Source: Octopus vulgaris (lineage: Eukaryota). Taken from it: a DNA stretch of 64,000 nt. Within the stretch, counting starts at the first letter, position 1, and every line of letters begins with the position of its first letter. Shown piece by piece: positions 36,145-50,470 of this stretch. The DNA is taken from positions 109,554,001-109,618,000 of the forward strand of contig OX597821.1 in NCBI GenBank assembly GCA_951406725.2, in the 5' to 3' direction. The translations under genes and the position numbers were made by a program. Under the pieces are notes generated by a model that saw only the letters and a list, made by a program, of their open reading frames with translations, was not told the origin of the DNA and did no database searches.

Positions 36145-36359
36145 GACACGTTTCAGTCATTTGACTGTGGCCATGCTGGAGCACCGCCTTTAGTCGAGCA
36201 AATCGACCCTAGGACTTATTCTTTGGAAGCCTAGTACTTAGTCTATCGGTCTGTTTTGCCGAGCCGCTAAGTTACGAGGACGTAAACACACCAGCATCGG
36301 TTGTCAAGCGATGTCGGGGGGAAAAACAGACACACAAACATATATACACACACAAACAT

Positions 36360-36360
<1 letters not shown>
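36145..36360 (-). mobile_element. SINE family A, 3' half
   Basis: Tail to internal microsatellite, then (GATA)n. Confidence 0.8.
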
Positions 36361-36424
<64 letters not shown>

Positions 36425-36829
36425 GATGGAGAGAGAAGGGGAAAGTGTGAGAGAGAAGGGAAGGGGAGAGAGAGATAAAGAAAGCACAGAGTGATGGAGA
36501 GATGATGCTGTAGAGAGGAATGAGAGGTAGAGGGAGACAGAGATATTCGTAAAGGATCCACATAAGCAAGCGCTCCCGTACGCGCATCGGGGTGTGCGTT
36601 TGTGTGTAAGTGTATGCATACGTGTGTGTGCTTCGGTGCAAGTGCAGGCGGTTGTGTGTGTGTGTGAGTAGCTTATCGAATTAATACACCGCGCTTGTCA
36701 AGCTGTCATTTTAAACCAATTATTTAACCTGGCTTTCTATTCCATCCCGGGTGTTCTCGGTTGGCGGCAACAGTTATAGGGATGGCAAGGATAATGATCC
36801 TCCCTAATGGGTTTTGCTGAGCAAAATTA

Positions 36830-36994
<165 letters not shown>

Positions 36995-38666
36995 TTTTTA
37001 TTAGTTTTTTGCAGAAGTCCAACAAGCGTCTCAATCGCTCAGGAAATTGGGCTGTGATGCGAGTTTGTACCAGCGAAGCAAGTCCGTGCGTGTGACTTTG
37101 TTTCTGTATTTGTCCCCCACCATCAGTTGAAACCGGTGTTGGTGTGTTTATCCCCCGCCACCGATTCAAACCGGTGTGGGTGTGTTTACGTCCCTGAAAA
37201 CTAGTAGTTTGGAAAAAGTGAGTCCGATGGCATAAGTATCCGGCTTTTAAAAAAACAAGTACTAGTTTCGATTCATTCGACAAAAAATTCTACTAGGCCG
37301 TGCCCCAGCATGGCCGCAGTCTAATGACTGAAAGAAAGAATAGATTAAAAGATGTACTTCGCCCATAACGAACTCCAAAGATCGTTGTTTTTAACAAAAT
37401 CGTCACCGAAGGAGGTCAACGACTTCAGATTCTGTGTCTCGGACGGTGACAGCTGTGATTCAATGAAGAGCTCATTGTCTTTCGTTAACAATATGATCGC
37501 TATAAAAGATCCAAGCATTGCCAAGCCTGTTTCCGTAGCCTAGTGCCATATTCTAAATTTTCATGACCACCCAGCTTTCAACAAAACCTACATTTTCATT
37601 TCCTTTATTGTCATAAACCCACGCACAAGGCTTTGGTCGGCCCGTGGTTATAGCAGAAAATACTTTCGCAAGTTGCCACGCAGTCGGATTGAACCCGGAA
37701 CCATGTAGTTGGGAAACATAATTCTTATAGAAAATAGTTGTGTACACAATTACATACAAAACTTTAAAAGCAATGAGGTACACACGACAGGGAAACGATG
37801 GGTTCGTACCAGTCATGTTCTCGGGTAGAAAGTCCCCAGTTACCCCTTTTCCTCTCAAATGCGTTAACCTCGTATCTAAATCGAAAATTAACCAGAATTA
37901 TTATTACATGTAAACAGAGCAACAACCTTTGAAAATATTTGCACTCATCTCGTTGTGATTCACATTTGGAAAAGCAGCAGCTAAAAGCAGAAATGAAGAT
38001 TAAGTACAATATATATCAGAAGATGAAGAAGAAGAAATCAGAATGGAATGCTTCTCCGAGTGAGTGAATTGCTTACCATTATGTGTACGTTAAATGGACC
38101 GAATGATCTTCTGTCGCTGTTGACACAGTTTGAGCTACAATTTATTCAAGATTTCTCAGCAGAGAGCGAAGCAAATTAAAAAAGCTCACAGCAAAGCACC
38201 GCATGATGTTCATTAAGAGAATATTATGCTCGGTATACGCTGTCACGATTTAGGATTATCTTTGGATGGTTGCCAATTTTTAATGACGACATCAACGAAA
38301 TTTATGCGGTAATATTTACTGATATTTGACGTTTGAATACAAAGTTTAAATTAATCGTCGTAAAAAGAGACCCGTGGAAATTTCTATTTTGAGGTCCAGA
38401 ACTCATGGGCCCGATTACTCGGTTTCCATGGCATGCAAGTGGCCGAAATCACAACATCTTCCCTGAACGGGATGCCATTCCGTCGCAGGGTTACTAATTT
38501 ACAGCTCATTGGACTGGAGTAAAGTGAAATGACGTGCTTTACTCAACAACACAACGCAGCGTATGGTTTACGAATGGAAACCACGTCCGGTTCACGAACA
38601 GAAACCACAATCTCTGCCCATTTGAAAACGTCAGAGAAAGTTTAGTTAATAATGATACAGAATACA

Positions 38667-39065
38667 GCAGGAGTGGCTGTGTGGTAAGTAGCTTGCTTAC
38701 CAACCACATGGTTCCGGGTTCAGTCCCACTGCGTGGCATCTTGGGCAAGTGTCTTCTACTCTAGCCTCGGGCCAACCAAAGCCTTGTGAGTGGATTTGGT
38801 AGACGGAAACTGAAAGAAGCCCGTCTTATATATGTATGTATATATATATGTGTGTGTGTATGTTTGTGTGTCTGTGTTTGTCCCCCTAGCATTGCTTGAC
38901 AACCGATGGTGGTGTTTTTACGTCCCCGTAACTTAGCGGTTCGACAAAAGAGACCGATAGAATAAGTACTGGGCTTACAAAGAATAAGTCCTGGGGTCGA
39001 TTTGCTCGACTAAAGGCGGTGCTCCAGCATGGCCGCAGTCAAATGACTAAAACAAGTAAAAGAGT
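38667..39065 (+). mobile_element. SINE family A, full length, young
   Basis: Near-consensus copy. Confidence 0.9.
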
Positions 39066-39127
39066 GTTACCTTGCTTTTGGCCCTGTATGACACACTTAG
39101 TACGATAACAAACGTAGAAAGAAAGTA

Positions 39128-39476
39128 CACCTTCTCTTCGACTTACGACCGTGTACCGTTCCGACTGACAGGTCGTAAGTCGATCTCGTCGTATGTCGGA
39201 TTTAGATTTTTCAACGCTATTTTCATTCACGCAAAAGATGCTTGAAAACGACTGAGTGAAAGATATTGGCAGGCAGTAGATGCCTGGGTATAAGGAAAAT
39301 AGCCTGCGTTGCCAGATGCTGCCATAGTTATCGTACGCGCAGCTGCCCAACGTCCGAAAATCGATTCTGCATATATTTATTTATATTTGTTTATTTATTT
39401 ATTTATATGTTTATTTATTATGGTGGTAAGTGAGGATAGTTGTAAATAGTATCGCTCGTAAGTCGAGGAGAAGGTG
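39128..39476. mobile_element. Tigger/pogo-type MITE, 349 bp
   Basis: 21-bp TIR CACCTTCTC(T/C)TCGACTTACGA, TA on both sides, subterminal inverted copy GGTCGTAAGTCG at ~39171. Confidence 0.85.
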
Positions 39477-40009
39477 TATATAAAATCTAATCTAAAAACT
39501 AGCATTGCTGGCATCGTTTTGTTGTAGGATAGTAGAACTTTTTATATTGAAGTTTCTCGAAGAATAAAAATACAAGAAGCTGCGATGCTGTCTGTTAATG
39601 AATTACTTAAAATATTGAATTGCTGGTAGTCTCCCGTGGTCTGAGAATGATAGTTCTTTGGTGTCCTGCTGGACGACCTACACAAATGATTTGTTTATGG
39701 TGATCAAATGTCCGTGCGGCACTTTAGCTTGCTCCCTCCATCAAATAGACGTTGTCTAAACAGGTGCATGGTGTGTCACGCGTCAGGTGTCGAAGTGATC
39801 GCAGAGCAACGTGAGGTGAAGTGTTTTGCACAAGAATACAATGCACTACCTGGTCCGGAAATTGAAACCGCGACCCCGTGGTTCTATATATCCTTCCGTA
39901 AACTATAATAAATTATTCTGAGTAAAGCTTCTTTTTGGGGAGGAGGATTTCGTCAAATAATATCAAGGGACTTCAGTGGGAAAATGATAAAGAGTAATAA
40001 ACTATCTTT

Positions 40010-40799
40010 TCAACTCTAGGCACAAGACCCGAAATTTTCGTGGGATGGGACAGTCGATTAGATCGACCCCACTACTAACTGGTACTTAATTTATCGACCC
40101 CGAAAGGATGACAGGCAAAATCGACTTAGAACGTAAAGACAAACGAAATACCGCTAAGCATTTCGCCTGACGTGCTAACGTATCTGGACTGTCTGAGTCA
40201 TTGGACTGCGGCCATGCTGGGGTACCACTGCGAAAAGTTTAATAGAACGAAATCACACCAATACTTGCGAATTCGTTCTATTTACAGTTGTGAAAATAAG
40301 TGCTAGACGCTTTCACCGATCAGCTAGGTTACAGGGACGTTAACAAAACAACACCGCTTGTCAAGTGGGAGGATGCGTAAAACACAAGCACTCGCTGCAA
40401 GAGGTCTCGTGTAGTGGGACTGAACCCCAAAACCAGGCGGATGCAAAACCACCCAGCACCATCATTTATTTACTTATTTATTTCATTTCCCTTTTACGTT
40501 TTTTTTTTGTTCCAGTCATTAGACTGCGGCCATGCTGGGGCACCGCCTTGAGGAATTTTACTCGTACGAACCGACTGCAGCACTTTACTTTTTTACACGT
40601 TTCAGTCATTTGACTGCGGCCATGCTGGAGCACCGCCTTCAGTCGAAGAAATCGAGCTCAAGAATTATTCTTCGTAAGCCTAGTACTTATTCTATCGGTC
40701 CCTTAGGTCGAACCGACAATTTTCGGGGTCATAAACAAACCAATATCAGTTGTCAAGCGATGGTGGGGGTGTCAAACACAGACAAAAAGACACACACAT

Positions 40800-40875
<76 letters not shown>

Positions 40876-41340
40876 ACACATACACACACACACACGACGA
40901 ACTTCTTTCAGTTTCCGTCTACCAAATCGACTCAGAAGACTTTGGTCGGCCCGAGGCTACAATAGAAGACACTTGCCCGCGGTGCCACGCAGTGGGACTG
41001 AACTCGGAACCATGTGGCTGGGAAGCAAGTCTCTTACCACACAGCCACGCCTGCTCTTTTTTTTATTACCTGGTACTTATTCTGTCGGTCATTTTTGCCG
41101 AACTACTAGAGTATGGTGACTAAAATACACCAACACAAGCACACACAAACCCACACATACACACATACATACACACACATACGTGTATATGTATATATAT
41201 TTCCGTCTACGAAATCCACTCAAGGCTTTGGTCGGCTCGGAGCCAAAGTAGAAGGCATGTTCCTAATTTGCTACACGGTGGGACCGAACTCGGAACCATG
41301 TGGTTAAGAAGCAAACTTCTTACCTCACAGACACGCCCAT
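40010..41340 (-). mobile_element. Head-to-tail stack of one SINE B and several SINE A copies
   Basis: SINE A tails at ~40195, ~40510 and ~40600 and heads at ~40440, ~41050 and ~41335, all on minus. Confidence 0.75.
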
Positions 41341-41821
41341 GTGTTTTTTCGTGTGCAATAGTAACTCATTGAAGTTTAAACTGAGTCATCAAAATCGATT
41401 CCATCAAGCCGTGTGAAAGAAAATTAAGTGCTTCGCAAAGGTCGATTCACGATAAAATAATAGACGATATCTCTAAATGCTAAGAGCTTGCAAAGTTCAA
41501 TTATTGATAAAAGAAAAATTCCTATCTATAAATGCCCTTACTATATCACTCTGGAATTAGGTTCTGATCTGTCGAAATGAAAATTAAATGCTGTTTAATT
41601 ACCACCAATATATGCATTATTGCGAGTGATATCGGCGCCATTGTCATTATTTTTATCTCGAGTGTTGACATTGTATATCTGTAAAGTGATACTTAAACAA
41701 TGCCCTCAGTGGAGTGAGGTACAGCTTTTTGCTGGGGCTGGGGATTGAAGTGCGAAGAGAGAGAGAAAGAGATACAGGAAATAGATCGATCAATCGATAG
41801 ATAGATATTTAGGTAGGTAGG

Positions 41822-41893
<72 letters not shown>

Positions 41894-42327
41894 GAAGAAA
41901 ATAGATTTAAGCCAAAGAAGATGAAAGATATGACCCACACAACCGCTAACAGTATGTATGTGGGAAACTGCTGTAAAAATGAAAACTACGATAAGCTTTC
42001 GATCTTAACTTTACAAGGAGTGACTTTTTGTTTTTCTGTTTGTTTGTTGTTTTTTTTTTGTTTTTTCGCTTTCTGTCTTTAGCCTAAAGACAGAATGAGT
42101 GAAAAGAAAAGGAAAAAGTCACAAATACAAACAGTATAATGCATAAACTCATACACACAAAAACACAAAAGACACGCATACACGTACTGAAGACGGAATG
42201 AGAAAAAAAAGAGAGAAGGAAATAAGGAAATGAATTAAAAGAAAAAAGTTAAATAAAGGACACGAGTGCAAACAGTATAGCAGGCAAACCCATACACACG
42301 CAGACAAACCATACAGACACGCACGCG

Positions 42328-42364
<37 letters not shown>

Positions 42365-43043
42365 ATACAGTGACAAACACATGCGCAGATGACAAGGATG
42401 CACACCAAAGAAAGACAAAATGGACTAAACAGGACGAGAGAAGACACGTGTGATGGCGAATCGATGTAGAGGTCACAATTTGGATGATGAATGGTTTCCA
42501 GACAATGGACATAAAGTATGAACAGTAATAGAATAAATCTGATGTCAAGGACGTATATACAGTACGTTTGTTTATTTATCAAAAAAAAAACCAGCAAAAA
42601 ATGACCATCCCTGAACAAAACAATATATGTTTCAAGACGCGATTTCACCTCAAGAATCTTGCAAAACAAACACATAAACGTTTATTGAGCTACGTTTTGA
42701 CGTTCGAGCATGCATATGCATGTATGCGTGTATATGTGAGTATGTGAAAGTGTGAAAGTGATGGGGTTTGTCTACGTCTACAGAGGAGTATACGATATTT
42801 ATGTGTAGCTGTGTCTGTTTTAAATCTGACTGTCTGCATAGCCGTATCTGACCTACTGAACGGCTTTTGTCCCCATTCAAAGTTTATGAAGATATACTGA
42901 CATCCATCAAATTGTTATTAGTAACAAGGCACAGATATTGAATCTTATATGAATATGTATATAGACAAACACACACACATGCACATACATTTATATGCAT
43001 ATATATATATATATATAGATATGCACACACACATACATATACG

Positions 43044-43115
<72 letters not shown>

Positions 43116-43139
43116 CTTATATGTTGATCTGTGTATATA

Positions 43140-43390
43140 TGTGAGCTTATGCTTATGTATTATTTACTTGTGTGTGTGTGTCCGTGAGTATGTGTGTGTG
43201 TATATATATATATATGCTCCAGCATGGCCCCAGCCTTAGGGCTGAAACATAAAAAGAATATGTGAGCTTATGCTTATGTATTATTTACTTGTGTGTGTGT
43301 CCGTGAGTATGTGTGTGTGTGTGTATATATATATATGCTCCAGCATGGTCCCAGCCTTAGGGCTGAAACATATAAAACAATAAAAGAATA
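43140..43390 (+). repeat. Tandem duplication of a ~121-bp unit containing a LINE/SINE-type 3' terminus
   Basis: GTGAGCTTATGCTTATG...TGCTCCAGCATGG(C/T)CCCAGCCTTAGGGCTGAAACAT occurs twice. Confidence 0.9.
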
Positions 43391-43409
43391 TACATACATA
43401 TATATATAT

Positions 43410-43582
43410 GCTCTTTCTCTTTCTACTCTTTTACGTGTTTCAATCATTTGACTGTGGCCATGCTGGAGCACCGCCATTAGTCGAAAAAAATCGACCTCAG
43501 GACTTATTCATTGTAATAATGCTTATTCTATCGGTCTCTTTTGCCGAACCGCGAAGTTACGGGGACGTAGACACACAAAGAT

Positions 43583-43657
<75 letters not shown>

Positions 43658-43820
43658 TACATATATACGACGGGTTTCTTTCAGTTTCCGTCTTCCAAAT
43701 CCACTCACAAGGCTTTGGTCGGCCCGAGGCTATAGTAGAAGACACTTGCCCAAGGTGCCACTCAGTGGGACTGAACTCGGAACCATGTGGTTCGTAAGCA
43801 AGTTACCACAGCCACTCCTA
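43410..43820 (-). mobile_element. SINE family A
   Basis: Tail-to-head motifs with internal (CA)n. Confidence 0.85.
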
Positions 43821-44493
43821 TGTCTATATATACATGTGCTTACGCACACACACAGATACATACATACATACATACATACATACATACATACATACATACA
43901 TACATACTTATATCCATACATATACATACACATGTTGCATGTGCGTGTGTATGTGCGTGTGTGTGTGCGTGTGTGTGTATGTTTAACAGTAAGACAATAT
44001 AACCGAACACAAATGAAAAGTCTACAGGATCGCCCCACCGGCCCATCCTCACCCTTCGCTTTAGAAGCCACCCACCACCACCACCACCACCTCAGAAAAA
44101 AGAAGAAATGTAGAGAAGAAAAGAAAATATGATAACCGACGTCATTATCTTCTTAATCTGCCAGATATCCGATGACAGGAAAAACAGGTGGGCTGATAGC
44201 AGTAACAATTCTCAAGAATGCCATTGTTGGGTGCGTAAACGAAGCTCATGTTCCAAACGCTAATTGAATCTTATTATCTCGAAGCACTTATTCTTGCTAA
44301 CGTTGGTCTGGTCTGGTTAGGGCCGGAGCCAGGTTTGCCTCGGCTCGGCTTAGCTTGGCTTTGCTTTGCTTTGATTTCGTTTGTCCTTATGCTTTATTAT
44401 TATCCTTATTCTACTCTAGCCGCAAGGTCCGAAATTTTTTGGTGGAAGGGGCCAATTGGTCGACCCCAGTACGCAAGTGGTACTTACTCTGTA

Positions 44494-44730
44494 GGGCGGC
44501 GAGCTGGTAGTAACGTTAGCACGCCGGACGAAATGCTCAGCGGTATTTCGTCTGCCGTTACGCTCTGAGTTCAAATTCCGCCGAGGTCGACTTTGCCTTT
44601 CATCCTTTCGGGGTTGATTAAATAAGTACCAGCTACGCACTGGGGTCGATGCAATCGACTTAATCCGTGTGTCTGTCCTTGTTTGTCCCCTTCTGTGTTT
44701 AGCCCCTTGTGGGTAGTAAAGAAATAGGTA
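44494..44730 (+). mobile_element. SINE family B full length (MetaSINE-like central block)
   Basis: GGCGGCGAGCTGG...GAGTTCAAATTCC...GCCTTTCATCCTTTCGGGTTGATTAAATAAGTACCAG...GTGGGTAGTAAAGAAATAGG. Confidence 0.85.
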
Positions 44731-44899
44731 CTTAGTTTGTCGACCCTGAAAGGATGGCAAGCATCCATTGATGAGGTTGCAGTTGCAACGAAAATTTTAG
44801 GTAAAAAGAGGTATAAATAATAAGAGTGGAAATCGAACCGGTGAGTGTGTTAAGGCATTAAGGCAGTTTGACTCTCCTCAGACACAGAGAAAGGATTAT

Positions 44900-45315
44900 T
44901 TCAAATTTTTGCTACAGGGACAGCTTGGGGGTGGTGGGGCTGAGTAGACTGCATCTACCCCAGTGTTCAACTGGTACTTATTTTATTGACCTTGAAAGGA
45001 CGAAAGACAAACTCGGTGGAATTTGAACTCAGAACGTAGCGATGGACAAAATGCTGCTAAGCATTTCACCCAGCATGCTAACGATGCTGCCAGCTCGCCA
45101 CCTTAGTTTTCAAATTTTGCCACAAGGGTATAACATTTTGAGAGAAGGAATAAGTCGTTTACATCGACCCCAGTGTTTAACTGGTACTTATTTTATCGAC
45201 CCCAAAAGGATGAACGGTAAAGTCGACCTCGGCGGAATTTGATATTGTAGCGACGGGCGAAATACCTCTCCACATGTCGTCCGGCGCGTTAGCGCACCCT
45301 GCTAGCTCACAGCCT
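44900..45315 (-). mobile_element. Two SINE family B copies
   Basis: Reverse-complement body motifs occur twice. Confidence 0.75.
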
Positions 45316-46230
45316 TAGAATAAACAAAATAATCTTTTGGGGTTTGTTCCTTTACGTTTGAATGATTTTATTTTTATGTATATATATACCTTGTTTTAGC
45401 TTTCTACTTTACGTATTTCTTTCTACAACACTCGCAACTTTCCTCTTTCTCAACAACCACCTCCACCATTACCACCGTCACCACCACGACCACCACCACC
45501 AAGAGAGACAACAGTTTTCAAGATCAAGTTAGGTTAGGCAATGTTACGCTGTACTGCTACTTATACACATACATAAACACTCATACACACATATAGATAG
45601 CCATATATTGACATAGGTGCACACACACACACACAAAAGCATATATACGTATATATCTATATATGTGTGTGCGTTTGTTCGTTTGTGTATGTATATACAA
45701 CGTGTCTATATATGAGTATATACGTATGTATACATACTCCTATATATAAATAAATAAATATATATAATTATTATTATTAAAGAAATCCGGGATCTGGAAT
45801 TATCCAGCAATTTTTTTGCTTGTTTATTTAATGTCGTTTTAGAGTCAAGTTTTAGCTGCTATATCTAGCATGGTGGTATCGCTTAGATACCCTAAATTAT
45901 AATTTTAATAATAATTATTACCTTTGAGGTTTTTATTCCCATGCTGGCCACCTGACAAGATCGGTATTTTAAATAACGAGTTTATCCTTATTCATATAAA
46001 TTTATATATATATATATATAAATGTGTGTATATAAGCATTTAAACATATGCGTATAAATATATATCATATCAGTTTATCACGGTATCGAACAGACTATCG
46101 CTGTTCACAATGCGGTTCGCATTGCATTGCTTAAGCTTTCGAATGGCGCCACCTCGCTGGTTAGGTGAGAAGGCCAATAAACACACACAAACTTAGTTAT
46201 ATGTATATTCATATATATACATTTACATAG

Positions 46231-46314
<84 letters not shown>

Positions 46315-46357
46315 ACACACCGAAATGAGCAGACAGTCAGACAGACAAGCAGATAGA

Positions 46358-46413
<56 letters not shown>

Positions 46414-46458
46414 TAGATAGATAAACAGACTGATAGAAAGATAGATAGATAGATAGGC

Positions 46459-46493
<35 letters not shown>

Positions 46494-46513
46494 TAGATAG
46501 ATAAACAGACTGA

Positions 46514-46654
<141 letters not shown>

Positions 46655-47437
46655 TACTGAGACACATGCGAATATTTCTGGAAACCAATTAATCTCAGAG
46701 AAAATTAGCTGTGACCTTCATCAGCCGGGGCATTTCGTAATGAGCAGATTGTATTTACCCAAAATATCAGCATTTTTTTCTCGAGCAAACTCAGTGAAAC
46801 GTCATAGAATCGAATGTATGTTTTTGTTTGAGGTTTTTCCACCACTGTTTGTAAACCGGCGATGGTTTGATCACATCGTTGCGCATAGCAGTCCAGCAAA
46901 AAGAGACTGATAAAATAAGTACCAAACTCAAAATAAATCACTGCAGTCGACTTCTTTCGGCGAAACCCTTGAAGTCGGCACCCCAGCTTGGCCTTAGTCC
47001 AATGACTGAAACAGGGAACTGAATAACAGAATATAGAATAATATAGAGGCATGAGGGTTGCAACAAGGAGATATTATAGAACGACTTTCTTTAGACGAGC
47101 AATTACGACAACTTCGAAGTCCCAATTTACAAAGAAATTCTATTATCATTAGAATTAATGATTTCTTTTCCCTAATATATATTGTTAATTGGTCTACCAC
47201 ATTAATCTTGTTGGCTACCCTAACACTTAACTGTGTACTCCCTAGGAAGATTATGTCCCTGGGTAAATCCCGCACTACTCGTTATATTACGGAGGGAGAG
47301 CGCTAATATATTTTCAGTCCGAATATATTTGATGCAGGTTCGAATAGGGGAAGAAGCTACTCACTGAGACAACTACTCCGAAATGTTAACATCTTACAGT
47401 TTGGGTAGATGGCGCTGCTAGCTGATCTAGGTGTATA

Positions 47438-47660
47438 CAGTGATCCTTCGACTACTGCGGGTGCTACGTTTCAAAACACCCCGCGATAGATGAAAATCCG
47501 CGAAGTAGAAACAGTACTGTACTGTATATTTTTATTAATTATTTTTATAATTTGTATATATTTATTTTATTATAAATCCAAAACAACACCGTGGATTAAT
47601 CAAAGTAAGATTAAATAATAAACCGCGATAGGTGAATCGCGATATAGCGAAGGATTACTG
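47438..47660. mobile_element. Tigger-type MITE, 223 bp
   Basis: TIR CAGT(G/A)ATCCTTCG, TA at 47436-47437 and 47661-47662. Confidence 0.8.
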
Positions 47661-47872
47661 TACTTACGCACTATTTGTCAACAAGCGAGATATACTCTCG
47701 GTGACAAAACGCTGTGAGTAGCTTGTTCCCCAGTTCGAACGCGTAACAAGCATATTCGGACTGCTAATTACTAGTTAAATTGTTTTTTGAGTTTAAATCA
47801 GTCTATAGGGGGGTATGTGTGTACAGAGGACAGCAGGTGTGGTTAGAGAAGTAAGTATATGTGGGTACTAAC

Positions 47873-48589
47873 CAGGGCCGGATAAAGACCTATCGAGGCC
47901 CTAAGCACTTACAAGATTTTAGTACCCGCATAAAATATTATGTAATTCAAAATATAAACAATAATAAACCATAACGAAACAAAACAGTAAGAGGGAAAAT
48001 AATGTTTATTTTTGTATACATCCATTTTATTTATATTTCAAAAGTTTCCACCTACTTTTTTGAATCGCAAAGTCTTTGAATCAAATCCTCAAAATTAATC
48101 TCAGGTAACACATCTGCATCTGTATCAGGGACAGATCATCTCGACGTCTACTCAGCAAGACGGCGATGATTCACGCGTAGAATATGCTGAGAGCTTAGCT
48201 CTCAGCATGGGGTCCCTGCGAGCGGGAGCCATGTACGATGACTAGGAATAACTAAAACCGAAATAGAGACAATATACCGGATATGACAAACAGGTGGTAC
48301 CACGTTCTCTTGGCAGGACACAGTGGGGTCGCCCCAGGCTTTGCCTGCCGTTCATGCGCGTCGCTAATGACGGGGCATTAAGTAGGACTGCCCACTATAA
48401 AAATAGGGAAGCGACATTAAATGCCATTAATTACAATAGAAGAGATAAAGGCGTCCCTAATATTATTTTTGCAATTTTAAAGTGATTTCTTTTGTGCCGT
48501 AGACCATTTACCATTTTTGTGGTACAGCCCCCCCCCCCCGCCGCGCCCTAAGCACGTGCTTATCTTGCTTAATGGTTAATTCAACGCTA
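47873..48589 (-). mobile_element. Degenerate hAT deletion derivative with transposase C-terminal remnant (~48040-48127)
   Basis: Left end CAGGGCCGGAT; subterminal GCCCTAAGCAC at both ends; minus strand DADVLPEINFEDLI-KDFAIQKSR resembles the end of the hAT dimerisation domain; no TSD found. Confidence 0.5.
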
Positions 48590-48639
48590 TAGTCAAACGC
48601 AGATCATGTTTTTACTTCATTGTACACTTTTATTAGTTT

Positions 48640-48803
48640 TACACGTTTCAGTTATTTGACTGCGGCCATGCTGGAGCACTGCCTTAAAGGCTGTTAGTCG
48701 AAGAAATCGACCCTAGGACTTATTCTTTGTAAGCCTTCTACTTGTTCTATGGCGGTATGAGGAGGACAAACAGACACAAACACACGATTATATAATATGT
48801 ATA

Positions 48804-48837
<34 letters not shown>

Positions 48838-49240
48838 CATGCATGTATGTATGTATGTATATATGACAGGCTTCTTTCAGTTTCCGTCTACCAAATCCAC
48901 TCACAGGGATTTGGTTGGCCCGAGGATATAGTAGAAGATACTTGCCCAAGGTGCCACGCAATGGAACTGAACTGTGGTTGGGAAACAAGCCTCTTACCAC
49001 ACAACCACGCCTGCGCCTATATATATATATGTGTGTGGGGGGTGTCTGTATTTGTCCCACCACCTTCACTTGACAACCGATGTTCGGCAGGAGAGACCCA
49101 TAGCGTTTCGGCAGACGAGGCCGATAAAATAAGCACCACGCTTACAAAGAACAAGTCCAGGGATTGTTTTCTTCGACCAAAAAGGCGGTGCTCCAGCATG
49201 GCCACAAACAAATGATTGAATGAAACGTGGAAAAGAATTA
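48640..49240. mobile_element. SINE A (minus, 48640-49018) plus SINE A 3' half (plus, 49030-49240)
   Basis: Family motifs in opposite orientation. Confidence 0.75.
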
Positions 49241-49489
49241 GAATTAATGATTTCTTTTCCCAACTGGTCCACCACGTTTATCTTGTCAGCGATCACCTAA
49301 CTGTGTCCTTCCCATGCAGATCACGTCCCTGGGTAATGCCACACCACCAGTTATATGTTGAGGTCACAGAGTGCCTGACAAGTGGTTCAACGTGGACTGA
49401 TTCACTTTGGTGGTTTTAATGACCGAAAGCGGAATTAAAAGAACAAAAGGACATCTGCAGAGTTCAGAACAAATTGTTGTTAACAGGTG

Positions 49490-49492
49490 GAG

Positions 49493-49566
<74 letters not shown>

Positions 49567-49596
49567 TGTGGTTGTGGTGGTGGTGATGGTGGCGGC

Positions 49597-49647
<51 letters not shown>

Positions 49648-49728
49648 TGTGGTTGTGGTGGTGGTGATGGTGGCGGCGGTGGTAGTAGTAGTAGTAGTTG
49701 TGGTTGTGGTGGTGGTGATGGTGGCGGC

Positions 49729-49773
<45 letters not shown>

Positions 49774-50100
49774 TGTGGTGGTGGTGGTGGTGGTGGTGGT
49801 GGTGATGGTGGCGGTGGTAGTAGTAGTAGTAGAAGGAAAAGGAGAAAGTGAAGTGGTGGCAGAGAAAGAGGTGGTGGTTGAGGAGGAGTAAAAGGCGGAG
49901 GAAGATGAGGAGGCGGAGGCGGAGGAAGATGAGGAGGTAGAGGTGGAGGCAGAAGGCGACGACCACGACCTCGAGGACTGTACTCGTAACTGTAATAGTG
50001 ATGTTGGACTATGACGATAATGATGTGGATGATGATGATGATGATGATGATGTGGAGGAGGAGGACGACGAAGAGGTCGACCACGAGGCCGAGGAGATTG
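49490..50100. repeat. Compound trinucleotide array (AGT/GGT/GGC/GAG/GAT) with a higher-order unit
   Basis: (AGT)n-TGTGGTTGTGGTGGTGGTGATGGTGGCGGCGGTGGT repeated three times plus one variant. Confidence 0.9.
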
Positions 50101-50470
50101 AAGAGGAATAACTCACACCAAAGCAGGAGGCCAGAAATTTGACAAAAGCTTCACAACTGTTGTTGCTGTGTTTACGTACCAGTAACCTATCGGTTCGTCA
50201 AAGGACACCGACAGAAAGAATACCAGGTTTAAAAATTCATTTGAGTAAAAGTCTTAAAAGAATGTGTGTGCGCGCGCGCGTGTGTGTATGTATGAATGTA
50301 TGTATGTATGTATAAATGTATATATGTATGTATGTATGAATGTATGTATAAATGTATGTATGTATGTATAAATGTATGTATGTATGTATGTATAAATGTA
50401 TGTATGTATATATGTATAAATGTATATATGTATGTATGTATGAATGTATGTATAGATGTATGTATGTATA

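Noticed and set aside
37352-37543. Unique sequence open on both strands for ~60 codons
   Set aside because: No homology recognisable and no splice signals.
46669-46727. CTGATGAAGG on the minus strand followed by a hairpin and GAAAT
   Set aside because: Stem II base, stem III and stem I do not close convincingly; at best a very decayed hammerhead.
48184-48208. Perfect hairpin ATGCTGAGAGC-TTA-GCTCTCAGCAT
   Set aside because: Isolated and inside a hAT derivative; no supporting context.
49364-50084. Pro/Leu, His/Tyr, Gly/Ser and poly-Val ORFs
   Set aside because: Open in several frames on both strands because of trinucleotide repeats.
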